Of a stretch of DNA of 64,000 bases, positions 49,278 through 60,179 are shown in pieces (position 1 is the first letter of the stretch; each line of letters begins with the position of its first letter). Under the pieces are notes generated by a model. It did not search any database and was not told the origin of the DNA. It saw only the letters and a program-made list of their open reading frames with translations. This DNA is from Candidatus Poribacteria bacterium (lineage in GTDB: Bacteria; Poribacteria; WGA-4E; WGA-3G): positions 160,001 through 224,000 of the forward strand of contig CBDBFU010000014.1 of assembly GCA_965205025.1 (NCBI GenBank), read 5' to 3'. The position numbers and the translations under genes were made by a program.

Positions 49278-51764
49278 CTATTTTACTTTTCTTAGTAAAT
49301 CTCTAAGATAATTTGAAGGAACAGCGAAGTTGATATTTTGTGCGCGATTTACTTTTGCTTTCGGATCAACCCTATAGTATGCCAATGTAGCGATTCCCAC
49401 GACATTACCTTTATTGTCTAATACAGCTCCACCACTACTCCCTGGTGAAATAGCAGCTGTCATTTGTAACCATTTGCTTTTTCCTGTATCTCTAATGCTA
49501 CTTATTATACCATCTGAAACAGTTCCTTCTAATCCTTCAGGATTACCAACAGCATAGATTTTCTCACCTACTTCGACCAGATCGCTATTGGATAAAGATA
49601 ATGGGTTTGTTGTTGCCCCAGAAACTCTTAGTATAGCAAGGTCATGTTCTATATCAGTTGCTTCTATGCTCTCTACCTTGAACCTAATAGTCGTATCTAC
49701 TAATCTTGCCGTTATCAATGAAGATCCTTTAATAACATGGTAGTTTGTCGCAATTAAATCACGTCGTACAAAAAAGCCACTTCCTAAACCAACTACATCA
49801 CCCTTCGCATTTAGTCTGTTGAGGAACACAGTTGACGACAGTGCTTCTTGAGCAATTTGTTGTCCAGTTAGTTGAAGGTTAGATTGTTTTGTTCTTGAAT
49901 TATCGTTAGGTGTAATGTGTTTATTGGGTAAATCCTTTTCTTGCTGATGTAGACTCTCTTTAAGTTTGTCCATATTACAGATAAATATTGAACCGTTTTC
50001 ACAACCAATAATCAATGATCTTTGATCCTTAGAAAAAACAATTGAAGTTATTTCACTTGGGTATGGGAGTAATGATATTTGCCCCTTGCTTTCAAAATTC
50101 TGTTGATATTGAGCTAATAAAATCTGACCCTTTTTATTCCCTATGAGAAGTATTGAATCTTCATGTCGATATCCTAAAGCTGATATAGTACCGATTGGTC
50201 CTAAATCAATACCATTTCCTATTTCTCTTCCAGTTAAGGCATCCCATTTCCTGAGAGTACCATTTTGTTCCCCACTGAATAATATGCTACCATCTGATGA
50301 AAATGTTAAAGATGTGATAGGGTGCTGTGCCCCTGTGAGTTTCTTTAACACTCTTTCAGTTTGAATATTAAATATATAGATGTTCCCGTCGGCACCACCT
50401 GTAGCGATCACAGAATTTCTTGGTGATATTGCTAAAGCTGAGATTCCATGCGGATTTCCATTAAATCTATGAGAAACAGTTGTCGTCTGAATTGAATTTT
50501 TGTTACTAAGAATTTTCTGTACTTCAGATAAAAACACAGTTCCATCATAGCTGCCTCCACTTGCGACATGTCTTCCATCATTAGAAAATATAACGGATTG
50601 GGTTAGATCAAAATGATCCCGTATTGTAGAAAGTTCGCTGCTTGTACCTGCATCCCATATTCTGAGTTTTCCATCTAAACCTGTACCACTTGCCCGAATA
50701 CGATTATCTTCAGTATACACTAATGCTTTTATCCTACCAGTATGTCCAGAAATGTCAAACTTTTTCCTCTCTCCAATTACATCCCATACAAACACTGTTC
50801 CATCTGGACTTCCACTTACAATAATCTTACTATCAGATGAACAGTCAAGTACAGAAACTTGGTCTTTATGGCCTTTTAATGGATTCTGTTGTTCGGTATA
50901 TGTCTGTGTATTCCATATTCGTATTAACTTGTCAGCACTTCCAGTAACTAATGAATTACCATTGGATAGATAACTTACTGTATAGACTGGACTCTCATGT
51001 GAGATTGTAGAGTTGAGTTTCCCACCGACACCAACTAAACTCCATACTCTAACCGTTTGGTCTGTACTGGCACTGACTAACTTTTTTCTGTCAGGCGAAA
51101 AAACTACCTGTTCAACAGGTTTTGTATGTTCAGTAAATAAGTAAATCTGATCACCTGTATTTGCATCCCATACTTGAATAGTTCCATTTACACTACCACC
51201 CGCTACTAATTGACTATCAGACGAGAAAGCAACAGTCAACACGGTATCTCTATATGGTAATAATTTCGATTCTATTCTATCCCTATGATGAGCAGGAAAA
51301 TTTGCAAGATTCCATAGTCTAATATTGTTATCTGCACTGGCACTTGCAAGTTTTGATCCATCAGGAGAGTATGTTAAATCATATATTTTCTTATTATGTC
51401 CCCTAAGAGTGTTTTTTTCTATATCCTGGTTTCTTCTGACAAGATTCCATAATCTTATGGTTCTATCTTGATGGGCTGCGGCTATGTACCGTCCATCAGG
51501 AGAATATGAGATAGCGTTTGCACCACCCATAATCCCTTCGAATCTATGCACTTCACGACCTGTCCTGCTATCATATATCCAAATACCAATTGTAGTTGCT
51601 ACGGCAAATTGGTCCCCATTAGGAGAAAATTTTATATCCTGAATCCATCCTTTTCCTAAGCGTTCTTCAACGAAGGCTGGAAGATTATCTTGAGCAATTA
51701 AATGTGGTGTGATAATTAAAATGAGAACTTCACAGAATAATAACAAATACAATAATTTCTTCAT
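49278..51764 (-). CDS. Secreted WD40-repeat protein fused to a trypsin-like serine protease
   Basis: Signal peptide, WD40 repeats, then GSGF, TNYHVI, DLAIL and ISPGSSGG catalytic triad motifs. Confidence 0.92.
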   Translation of the reverse strand: MKKLLYLLLFCEVLILIITPHLIAQDNLPAFVEERLGKGWIQDIKFSPNGDQFAVATTIGIWIYDSRTGREVHRFEGIMGGANAISYSPDGRYIAAAHQDRTIRLWNLVRRNQDIEKNTLRGHNKKIYDLTYSPDGSKLASASADNNIRLWNLANFPAHHRDRIESKLLPYRDTVLTVAFSSDSQLVAGGSVNGTIQVWDANTGDQIYLFTEHTKPVEQVVFSPDRKKLVSASTDQTVRVWSLVGVGGKLNSTISHESPVYTVSYLSNGNSLVTGSADKLIRIWNTQTYTEQQNPLKGHKDQVSVLDCSSDSKIIVSGSPDGTVFVWDVIGERKKFDISGHTGRIKALVYTEDNRIRASGTGLDGKLRIWDAGTSSELSTIRDHFDLTQSVIFSNDGRHVASGGSYDGTVFLSEVQKILSNKNSIQTTTVSHRFNGNPHGISALAISPRNSVIATGGADGNIYIFNIQTERVLKKLTGAQHPITSLTFSSDGSILFSGEQNGTLRKWDALTGREIGNGIDLGPIGTISALGYRHEDSILLIGNKKGQILLAQYQQNFESKGQISLLPYPSEITSIVFSKDQRSLIIGCENGSIFICNMDKLKESLHQQEKDLPNKHITPNDNSRTKQSNLQLTGQQIAQEALSSTVFLNRLNAKGDVVGLGSGFFVRRDLIATNYHVIKGSSLITARLVDTTIRFKVESIEATDIEHDLAILRVSGATTNPLSLSNSDLVEVGEKIYAVGNPEGLEGTVSDGIISSIRDTGKSKWLQMTAAISPGSSGGAVLDNKGNVVGIATLAYYRVDPKAKVNRAQNINFAVPSNYLRDLLRKVK

Positions 51765-51820
51765 ATTGTTCCTTGATTTATATCTATATTACATCCTATG
51801 TTTATTATGAATTCCTAAGA

Positions 51821-53773
51821 TTATTCAGTTATTGCATCTCTAAGTTGTATGGCAGACTCGTATGTAGCATCAATTTCTAACGCCATATTTACATGATGTA
51901 ATGCATATTCAAAGGAATCCAACCCATAATACGCAATTGCTAAGTTAAAATATGCCTTCTTGTATTGGTTGTCTATTTCTATCGCATTCATTAGGGGTTT
52001 TATAGACTTTTCATATTCACCCTTATGGATATATGCGAATCCTATCTTAGCGTGTATTCTTTTATCATTTCTATCCAGTTCAAGACATTTATTTAATTCA
52101 TTTATCCCAATATCTAACATGTTCTTATCAATAAAACTTGATCCACGGACATAATATCTGTCCTTTATGTCAGATAATAACAATTCTGCAATTTCTAATC
52201 CTGGCTTAGTCTCTAATGCTCTTTTAGCAAATGAAACTGCTTCCTCAAGTTCATCATTATTATAGTGAATTCGACCTTCTTCCACAAATATATCCTCTCT
52301 TGTAGGTTCAGGTTTAAGACCATTCTGATCAGAGATATTATTTGATTTTCCTACTATACGTCTCTTTATTTCTTGCATTTCATTTAGCATTTCTAAGTTA
52401 TCACTATAGGCACTTACTCTAAATCTTTTATCTGCAGTATCTATTAAATTAATAATTATACTATATATGTCATTTGAATCATCCGTACCATCTGCGATAT
52501 ATGAATAAGCCTTAACTAAATGTAAATAAGAACTAATTAAATCCATTCTTTCTATGTACATAGGATATGCATACTCACTAATAAGTATATTGAAATATTC
52601 AATTGATTCCTTATAATATTCTTTGTTATTGCCTCCAGCCATGTAATAACAATAACCGCACCAATATAGTGCGTAGACTTTGTCATCAGACAATAAATCA
52701 CTAATTGCCAATCGTTTAAATAGAGTAGCTGCTTCTAAGAATTTACCATTAAAACGTAAGGAAGTTGCCTTACGGAAAAGATCTGAGTTATTAGTTTTTG
52801 GTCCTACAGTTTCATCCATATCTTCTGGAACAAAATATGTTTCTTTAGATTTATTGTCCAATAATTGTTTATATGTTGGGTTGTTAGTCCTATCAATTGC
52901 TAACTGATAGTATCTTCGTGCCTCAGGATAATTGCTCACATCAGTATAGATATCAGCAATTAACTCATAAGCTTTAGATAAATACTGACTATTTGGGTTG
53001 TCTGTAATCGTTTTTAACACTAAAAATGCATCGAATGCCTTATCTTGTTTTTTTAACTCAACGGCTGTTTGATAAAGGGTTTCATCAGTGAGTTGTTTGT
53101 TCTCAGCATTTTCGTCCCTATCCACATTGACATTTTGAGTTTTATTATTTTCCACTAAAAGATTTGATAAACGGTGTTCTATATCAGTACGATAGTTTGT
53201 AGTTGGAAATTCATCAATTAGTCGGTTAAACGCAGCATGAGCTTCTTCATAGTTTCGTGGGTTAGAATTTATTATACCAATTTTATATAATGCTTCTTCA
53301 ACTAATGAACTCTGAGGATATAGCCGAATAAAGTGAGAATATTTTTCATCAGCTTCCAAAGGCATTTTGTTCTTATATAATATTTCTGCCCATAAGAATG
53401 TAAGATTTGACTTATGTCGGATCTCATTAGTGTTTGATATAGATTGTCGGATATGATTCAATGCAATCGGATAGTATTTCTGTCTGTTGAAATCACTAAT
53501 TTCACCCAGTTTTTCATAACACAGTGCAATCTTATAATTTGCCAGGCCCGTGAAGTCGTTATCAATGAATTTAGGTCTTGCTCCGACTTTGTTGGAGGCT
53601 TTTATTGCTTTCTTATAGATCTTTATTGCTTCCTCGTATTTTCGAATTTCAAATAAATTTTCAGCATGATCATAATGTTTCTCGACTTTCTTTGCACTTC
53701 CTAAAACAAGAGGGGATAGTAAAGCAATTATTAATGCCACTCCTCCAATTATTCCGAGAGTTTTTGTATCCAT
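51821..53773 (-). CDS. N-terminally anchored TPR protein
   Basis: TM anchor, BamD/YbgF-like 'FIRLYPQS' and 'LIDEFPTT' TPRs, plus C-terminal TPRs. Confidence 0.85.
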   Translation of the reverse strand: MDTKTLGIIGGVALIIALLSPLVLGSAKKVEKHYDHAENLFEIRKYEEAIKIYKKAIKASNKVGARPKFIDNDFTGLANYKIALCYEKLGEISDFNRQKYYPIALNHIRQSISNTNEIRHKSNLTFLWAEILYKNKMPLEADEKYSHFIRLYPQSSLVEEALYKIGIINSNPRNYEEAHAAFNRLIDEFPTTNYRTDIEHRLSNLLVENNKTQNVNVDRDENAENKQLTDETLYQTAVELKKQDKAFDAFLVLKTITDNPNSQYLSKAYELIADIYTDVSNYPEARRYYQLAIDRTNNPTYKQLLDNKSKETYFVPEDMDETVGPKTNNSDLFRKATSLRFNGKFLEAATLFKRLAISDLLSDDKVYALYWCGYCYYMAGGNNKEYYKESIEYFNILISEYAYPMYIERMDLISSYLHLVKAYSYIADGTDDSNDIYSIIINLIDTADKRFRVSAYSDNLEMLNEMQEIKRRIVGKSNNISDQNGLKPEPTREDIFVEEGRIHYNNDELEEAVSFAKRALETKPGLEIAELLLSDIKDRYYVRGSSFIDKNMLDIGINELNKCLELDRNDKRIHAKIGFAYIHKGEYEKSIKPLMNAIEIDNQYKKAYFNLAIAYYGLDSFEYALHHVNMALEIDATYESAIQLRDAITE

Positions 53774-53797
53774 ACTAACTCCTTATTCTTTCGGGAC

Positions 53798-56062
53798 TTA
53801 ATCTATCGGGTCTGGACCGAGTACTCTTAATGTAAGATCTTTTTCTGCAATTGTTTTATTTTTACTATCAACCAATGTAATATTCAATTTATTACTTGAT
53901 GTAACAGCTCTCGTATTAGATGTGATTTTTATATTTATAGTTTCATTCTTATTCTTGGTTATATTGAATCTATTATTGGGAATAGTAAATTGTAATCCTT
54001 TTATGGAATTAGGAGATATCCTCAAACTGATGTTTCTTGCTGTACTTCCACTATTTGCTATTTTTAGATTTAAACTATAATCCTGTCCAGAAAAGATTTG
54101 ATTAGATGGTTTCCCATATCTATTTAGCAATGTAGTTTCAATTGAAAGTTTGGGCTGAATTTGATTTTTAGAAGTTTTTCTGTTAGAACTAGTATTTGTA
54201 TCTGAACTGTCCTTATTATGAACTGTCTGATTACTTTGATTTTTTCCATCCGTTTGTTTACGATTTGAATCGAAGATATCAAAGAAAGTAAATACATCAT
54301 ACCGATATGCAATAAACAATCCAGCAAAAACTACTAAGACTATAGAAGCATACAAAAGTACTTTCTTTCTCTTTTTGTCATTCTTTTCAACCTTTTGAAT
54401 AAACTTTATCGTCTGAATGATATCCTGCGATGGTTTATGATTAGGGTTAAGTGCTAATGCCTTTTCTGCTGCAAGTTTGGCATTAGTATAATCACCCATG
54501 GCAAGATAGGTGTCACCTAAACGAGAATGACCATCAATATGGTTGGGATCAGTCTGAATAACCTTTTGGAATGAATCAACAGCTTGATCATATTGTTTTA
54601 TATTTAGAAACACTAAACCCCGTTCCAATTCCTTATCTATATCAATATCTTCTTGAGGTACAATCTCATTTTTAACCTCTTCACCATCAGAATCTTCTGA
54701 ACGTTCAACCTCTATCTCAGACAACAATTGTTTTGCGTCAGGTGAATTTTGATCAATCCGTAATACCTCTTGGACTGAACTTTCCGCTTCATCTAATTGC
54801 TGGTTCTGAAAGTATGCTTTTGCCAAACCAAGATGAGCATCAGCATAATCAGATTTAAGATCTAAAGCATTCTGAAATTCGCTTATAGATTCGTCTATCT
54901 TACCGGCATCAAGGTATGCCATTCCAGTTGCATAATGTGCTTCATGTCTTGGTTGAGTTGTAGTTGTTGAATCTGTAGTTTTTGGTGTAGCATTTTGAGT
55001 TTCATCTGTAGTATCGTTAGAATCAGCTTTATATGTAGGATCTATTGCTTCTAAAAGTGTCTTAGCAGGTTGATAATTTGGATCAATTGATAATGAATCT
55101 TTTGCAGCATTTCTTGCATTGTCAAGTTCACCTAAACCAAGGAATGTGAGTGCAAGACTATGATGTGCTTCCTTATTCCTTGGATCAAGTGATATAGTTT
55201 TTTGCAGATTATCTAATGCTCTAGGATAGCTCTCCAATTTCAAATGTGCTACTGCCAGATTATATTGTGCAGCAGTATAACCTGGATCAAGGGTAATGAC
55301 ATTCTGGAGTGAGGCTATTGCATCACTATAACGTTCATCTTTGAGAAATGTGATTCCATTGTTGTAATGTGTTTGTTTAATTGATTCTACAAGAGCATGA
55401 ATTGGTTGGAATTTAGGATCAAGTCGAAGAGTCTCTATAGCAGCATTCGTTGCAGCTTCTAAATTCCCTAACTCTCTATGGGCACGAGCAAGGTAGTAGT
55501 GTGTTTCTATTTGATTAGGATTTCTAACGATTGCGTCATCAAGGTATTGAATGGCATCTTGATATTGTTTTATTTCAACAAAAGCATTTCCTATGAGATA
55601 ATAGACATCGTCATAACTATTGTTAGATGAAATAGAGCTTTTTAATGAGTCAACTGCTTTCTCATAGTCCTTAAGACCCAGATAAGATCGACCAAGGTTA
55701 TAATTCGTATCTTTATAATCAGAATCAAGTATTATAACTTTTTCAAATGTAGTGACTGCATCCTGATAGTTTTTACCTTCTAATAATGTAATACCATTTT
55801 CGTAATGTGTGGTTTTTATTGTTTCACTTATGTCTTTCACTGAAGGATAATCAGGATTCAGTTTTAAAGCAGCAAGAATAGAGAGTTCGGCTTTGTACAG
55901 ATCATTTAACTCCAAATAGGCGCGACCGAGTCCACAGTGAGCATCAATATAATCAGGATCCACTTGAATCACTGCTTCGAATTCTGGAATAGCCTCTTTA
56001 TACTGTTGATCATTTAGATATGCGATGCCGAGATTGTAGCGTGCTTCTTTTATGGCATTCAT
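53798..56062 (-). CDS. TPR protein with one TM segment and an external Ig-like domain
   Basis: Many YNLG.AY..DP TPR repeats, TM segment VLLYASIVLVVFAGLFIAY, beta-rich C-terminus. Confidence 0.88.
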   Translation of the reverse strand: MNAIKEARYNLGIAYLNDQQYKEAIPEFEAVIQVDPDYIDAHCGLGRAYLELNDLYKAELSILAALKLNPDYPSVKDISETIKTTHYENGITLLEGKNYQDAVTTFEKVIILDSDYKDTNYNLGRSYLGLKDYEKAVDSLKSSISSNNSYDDVYYLIGNAFVEIKQYQDAIQYLDDAIVRNPNQIETHYYLARAHRELGNLEAATNAAIETLRLDPKFQPIHALVESIKQTHYNNGITFLKDERYSDAIASLQNVITLDPGYTAAQYNLAVAHLKLESYPRALDNLQKTISLDPRNKEAHHSLALTFLGLGELDNARNAAKDSLSIDPNYQPAKTLLEAIDPTYKADSNDTTDETQNATPKTTDSTTTTQPRHEAHYATGMAYLDAGKIDESISEFQNALDLKSDYADAHLGLAKAYFQNQQLDEAESSVQEVLRIDQNSPDAKQLLSEIEVERSEDSDGEEVKNEIVPQEDIDIDKELERGLVFLNIKQYDQAVDSFQKVIQTDPNHIDGHSRLGDTYLAMGDYTNAKLAAEKALALNPNHKPSQDIIQTIKFIQKVEKNDKKRKKVLLYASIVLVVFAGLFIAYRYDVFTFFDIFDSNRKQTDGKNQSNQTVHNKDSSDTNTSSNRKTSKNQIQPKLSIETTLLNRYGKPSNQIFSGQDYSLNLKIANSGSTARNISLRISPNSIKGLQFTIPNNRFNITKNKNETINIKITSNTRAVTSSNKLNITLVDSKNKTIAEKDLTLRVLGPDPID

Positions 56063-56235
56063 TGTCTCGTTGAAATAGAGAAGAATCAGACAGAGTATAT
56101 TTTGAACATTTTATTACAATATATGTAAATTATCAAGAATGAAATCTAAAAGATGGCAATTATCTTGAAATGTAAAGTTGTTTTTGATAAACTTCCAATT
56201 TAGTAGACAAACTTTCTCATAAACGAGGTAAGAAA

Positions 56236-57288
56236 ATGGCAGAAAAAACATATCGTGTTGGAATTATCGGTTGTGGTGGTATGGGTAGATCACATACCGG
56301 TAATTGGAGAGGTACAGGTCGTGCAGAAGTTGTAACTGCATCCGATATCAATGAAGAATCCGCAAAGAAATTCGCTGAAGACCAATCACTATCCTCATAC
56401 TACACAGATTTTGAAGAAATGTGTGAAAAAGAGGAACTTGATATCGTAAGTATCACTACTTGGCAAAGTGTCCGAGCAGAACCAACTATCGCTGCAGCAG
56501 AAAACGGTGTCGTCGGTGTTATTACGGAGAAACCGATGGCTGCTTCTGTTGGTGATGCACAAGATATGATGGATGCTTGTGAAAAGAATGGTACCAAACT
56601 GGTGGTTGGACACCAACGACGTTTCAGTCCACAAAATTGTGAAGCACGGAGACTAATCCAGGAAGGTGCTATTGGTCAACCGCAAGCGATGTTACGTCGG
56701 GATGGTCATGGTTTGCTAAATCGCGGAACACATGAAATTGACGAGATGCGATATATTCTTGGTGATCCTGAACCTCAATGGCTTATTGCTCAAGTTGCAC
56801 GAAAAACAGATCGTTGGGAACGTCGTGTAAGAACTGAAGACCTTTGTATGGCGGAAATCTGCTTTGAAGGCGGTATACGTGGTGTTTATGAAAGTGATTT
56901 ACCCGGTCCTGGACTCCGGGGTGATGCGGTTTATGGAGATGATGGACAACTCCGCCGCGGAGAGAATGGAACGATAGAACTTCTGAATAGTAAAGCAGCA
57001 GGATGGCAAACAATCGAACCACGTCAAGGTGAACCGAACCAATTTACCGAAATGTTAGCGTGGATTGAAGGAGAAGTCGATGAGCATCGGAATGCTGGTA
57101 GACACGGTTTTTGTACAATCGAAATTCTGATGGCCTTCTACGAATCTTTACGACTACAAGATGTTGTGACATTTCCAATGGAAACGCGGCCAAACCCACT
57201 TGATTTGTTGGTTGAAGGTGGAAAATTACCTGTTCATGTTGAAGGACGGTACGATATTCGTGCCCCGTTTCCTGAAGAGAACAAGTAA
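56236..57288 (+). CDS. Gfo/Idh/MocA oxidoreductase
   Basis: VGIIGCGGMG, EKPMA, HQRRF and GTH..D motifs. Confidence 0.92.
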   Translation: MAEKTYRVGIIGCGGMGRSHTGNWRGTGRAEVVTASDINEESAKKFAEDQSLSSYYTDFEEMCEKEELDIVSITTWQSVRAEPTIAAAENGVVGVITEKPMAASVGDAQDMMDACEKNGTKLVVGHQRRFSPQNCEARRLIQEGAIGQPQAMLRRDGHGLLNRGTHEIDEMRYILGDPEPQWLIAQVARKTDRWERRVRTEDLCMAEICFEGGIRGVYESDLPGPGLRGDAVYGDDGQLRRGENGTIELLNSKAAGWQTIEPRQGEPNQFTEMLAWIEGEVDEHRNAGRHGFCTIEILMAFYESLRLQDVVTFPMETRPNPLDLLVEGGKLPVHVEGRYDIRAPFPEENK

Positions 57289-57327
57289 ACCTATCCTAAC
57301 GGAACATACCAATACATACAATTTAGT

Positions 57328-57353
57328 AAAGGACGGTAACCACCGTCCTTTTT
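57328..57353. terminator. Bidirectional intrinsic terminator
   Basis: AAAGGACGGT-AACC-ACCGTCCTTTTT. Confidence 0.8.
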
Positions 57354-57355
57354 CA

Positions 57356-58231
57356 TTAACAATCTACATCTTTTCCATCACTACCATATACACCCATTCT
57401 ATCCTGTGTAGATATCTCTTCAGAACTTGCAGGTTTATAATGTAATTGTAGTGCTCTTCTACGTTTTGGAGTTTGATTTGCGGGACTTCCATGATGTGTT
57501 AATCCGTGCCAAAACAGACAGCCACCTGGTTGAAGTGGCACAACTGTATCGCGAGCAACAGGAACATCAGTATCACAGATTTGCCAATCCCTTCGTTTGA
57601 AATGGATCATTGGACCTTCAATATGTGAACCGGGTATGATGTGCATACAACCGTTTTCTGCTGTGGCTTCATCTAAGGCAATCCAAACACCAACAACAAT
57701 TGTGCTTCTCTGAAGATTGAAGTATGCCAAATCTTGATGCCACGGTTTTTCTGATCCGAAAATAGGGGGTTTTACTAATGCCATATCTTGGAACAATACA
57801 GGTGTATCATCCATAATTCGTTGTAAAATACCGAGTAATCCTTGATGGTCAGCAATAGCATTCAGCCGAGGTTCGTGACTAACATAGTTGAATATTTTCC
57901 GAATAGCATCACGACGTTCGTCAGGATTCATCTCATCCTTAGCCTTTACAAGTTTAGGTTCAAATTGGATTGCTTTAAAGTCAGGATTGTTCCCATCCAT
58001 CAGATATACCATACCTTCTAAAGCGGATTTTATTTCCTCCTGTGAAAAACCATCTTCAATTACAAGATATCCATGTTGATGAAAGTAGGCAATATCATCG
58101 TCTGTTACAGAGGAAAATCCACCTGTAATACTGTGAGCAATAGTATCGAATCGGTATAGCTCCTCAGGATATGGTATAGGTGGGACAGTAGGATCGGTGT
58201 TTTGTGGATTAGTTGATGAATGTTGATTCAT
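57356..58231 (-). CDS. PhyH family dioxygenase with canonical HxD
   Basis: KPWHQD, WIALDEAT.ENGC..IPGSH and HGS.AN...RR motifs. Confidence 0.93.
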   Translation of the reverse strand: MNQHSSTNPQNTDPTVPPIPYPEELYRFDTIAHSITGGFSSVTDDDIAYFHQHGYLVIEDGFSQEEIKSALEGMVYLMDGNNPDFKAIQFEPKLVKAKDEMNPDERRDAIRKIFNYVSHEPRLNAIADHQGLLGILQRIMDDTPVLFQDMALVKPPIFGSEKPWHQDLAYFNLQRSTIVVGVWIALDEATAENGCMHIIPGSHIEGPMIHFKRRDWQICDTDVPVARDTVVPLQPGGCLFWHGLTHHGSPANQTPKRRRALQLHYKPASSEEISTQDRMGVYGSDGKDVDC

Positions 58232-58242
58232 AATAATACTCC

Positions 58243-59256
58243 TTAGATTTCACCACGACTTTCTTGGGCAAGTAAAGTCAAGAAGTGCTTAACGCGATTA
58301 ACAGAATCTTGTGCACGTTCACGGGATGAAGAATCTCTTTCCTCATCTTCTACCCATCTTTGACGTTCTGGTAACCACTCCTCCTGTAGATATTGTAGTT
58401 GATTTTGAAAATGTGGATCCTCAGTTTCACTAACAAAATACTCAATTATACCAAGTAAACCGTATTTGCGATTGATCTCCATATCATCTAATTCATTCAC
58501 CATCTGAGTGAATAAATGTTGATTACGATCTTGTCTTGCTTGAGCAACTTCCCGCGCAGATTCGGTCAATAGATTGTCAACAAACTCCTGTTTGGAATTA
58601 ATCCATCTGGGTAAATTTCTGACGTACTCTTCTAAATCCCAACTTCCACGTTGAAGTGCGAAGTATGCGTGAATATGGATGTTTCTGAAGAAACCTGTAT
58701 AACCGACATTCGGATCCATAGTATCTGCATCATAAAGAATTTGGTTCTCAATGTTTCCATAGAGGAGTTTGAAATTTTCTGCTGTAAGGTTCATCGGTTT
58801 AAGATGTGCTAACACTACAGCCGTCGCGGCTTCAACAAATTCCTGTTCAAAGTCGTACATTTGTAGGATATTTTCAGTGATAACAGCACCCGATTCGTGA
58901 TGAACTTTTCCATGAAGATTGTGCTTCTTGTATAGATCGGTAACTACATTCTGTCCTGCGGGTGTTAGCGTTTCATTAAGCCAGAAACCGTTGTGGTCGA
59001 GAATCCTTTTGCCATTGTCATCTGTAAGTATGACACCGTCATAACGTTTTGTAATGTCGTGTAAAGTTCCTGCGATTTCCAATAGTTTTACATTACCATT
59101 TTCACGTCTTCCAAGTTCCATACTCATTGCTCGGACACGCATAGTGTGGTTCCAGGTATAATGTCGCCATTGAAACCCTACTCGGTTGTGTTCCCAAAGA
59201 TTAAATGTGTCATTGACCAGTGTTTCCAATTCACTCAAGACTTGGTCGTAATTCAT
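58243..59256 (-). CDS. HD-domain metal-dependent hydrolase
   Basis: HTMRV, LHDITK, HHESG, AH and DADTMD motifs. Confidence 0.8.
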   Translation of the reverse strand: MNYDQVLSELETLVNDTFNLWEHNRVGFQWRHYTWNHTMRVRAMSMELGRRENGNVKLLEIAGTLHDITKRYDGVILTDDNGKRILDHNGFWLNETLTPAGQNVVTDLYKKHNLHGKVHHESGAVITENILQMYDFEQEFVEAATAVVLAHLKPMNLTAENFKLLYGNIENQILYDADTMDPNVGYTGFFRNIHIHAYFALQRGSWDLEEYVRNLPRWINSKQEFVDNLLTESAREVAQARQDRNQHLFTQMVNELDDMEINRKYGLLGIIEYFVSETEDPHFQNQLQYLQEEWLPERQRWVEDEERDSSSRERAQDSVNRVKHFLTLLAQESRGEI

Positions 59257-59272
59257 AAAAACCTCGTTTCAT

Positions 59273-60028
59273 TTATTCACTATACTTAACTTTGACAAGT
59301 GATAAACCGTTCGCGGGAACTGATGGTCCAGCTTTAGATCTATCTCTTGCATCTACAATACTTTGGAATTGCGTGGTTGCATCTGTGATATTAAATTTTG
59401 GATCTTTTATACACTTTAAAATTGTTCCAACTATAGCTCGTACCATACCTCTTAAGAATGAATCCGCTTCAAATTCAAAAAAGATTAAATCCTCTCTTGT
59501 ATGACAAAATGCTTTGAAAATATCACAGACAGGATTGCTTCTATCACTACCCGTTTTTTGAAAGGAAGAGAAATCGTGTTTACCTATTAAACATTTACAT
59601 ATTTCATTAGCGATTTCAATGTTTATGTTCGTAGAAAGATGATGGCACGTTCTGTGTATGAGTGCAGAAGGAAATGATCTATTTAGTATTGTATACCTAT
59701 AATACCTACTTATTGCACTAAACCTCGCATGAAATTCTGTATCCACTTCAGTTGCATCAATCACAACGACGTCAGAAGGAAGAAAGGTATTTGTACCTGA
59801 TTGGAAGGCTGCAATTGGAATTGACGAATTTGTCTGAAAGTTAGCAACTTGACCCTCTGCATGTACACCCGTATCTGTTCTTCCTGCTCCTATAATCTGT
59901 ATTGACGAATTTGTCAATTGTCTGATTGCATCTTCAACAACACCCTGAACTGTAGGTAGATTGGGTTGTATCTGCCACCCATGGTAATTAGTTCCATCAT
60001 ATTCGAGGACCAGTTTAATATTTCGCAT
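59273..60028 (-). CDS. truA: tRNA pseudouridine(38-40) synthase
   Basis: YDGTNYHGWQ.Q, GRTDTGVHA, FHARF and FLRGMVR motifs. Confidence 0.97.
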   Translation of the reverse strand: MRNIKLVLEYDGTNYHGWQIQPNLPTVQGVVEDAIRQLTNSSIQIIGAGRTDTGVHAEGQVANFQTNSSIPIAAFQSGTNTFLPSDVVVIDATEVDTEFHARFSAISRYYRYTILNRSFPSALIHRTCHHLSTNINIEIANEICKCLIGKHDFSSFQKTGSDRSNPVCDIFKAFCHTREDLIFFEFEADSFLRGMVRAIVGTILKCIKDPKFNITDATTQFQSIVDARDRSKAGPSVPANGLSLVKVKYSE

Positions 60029-60179
60029 TTTCTTACATAAAAGGTCTAAACCTAAACTGTATACAAAATATCATACCATTCTATAGGTGTCAATATGAAT
60101 TATAGTTTTGAAATATGGTGCATGCAATCATTGTATATGATACGATACTAATAGAATTTAAATGAGAGGTAATTTAATA

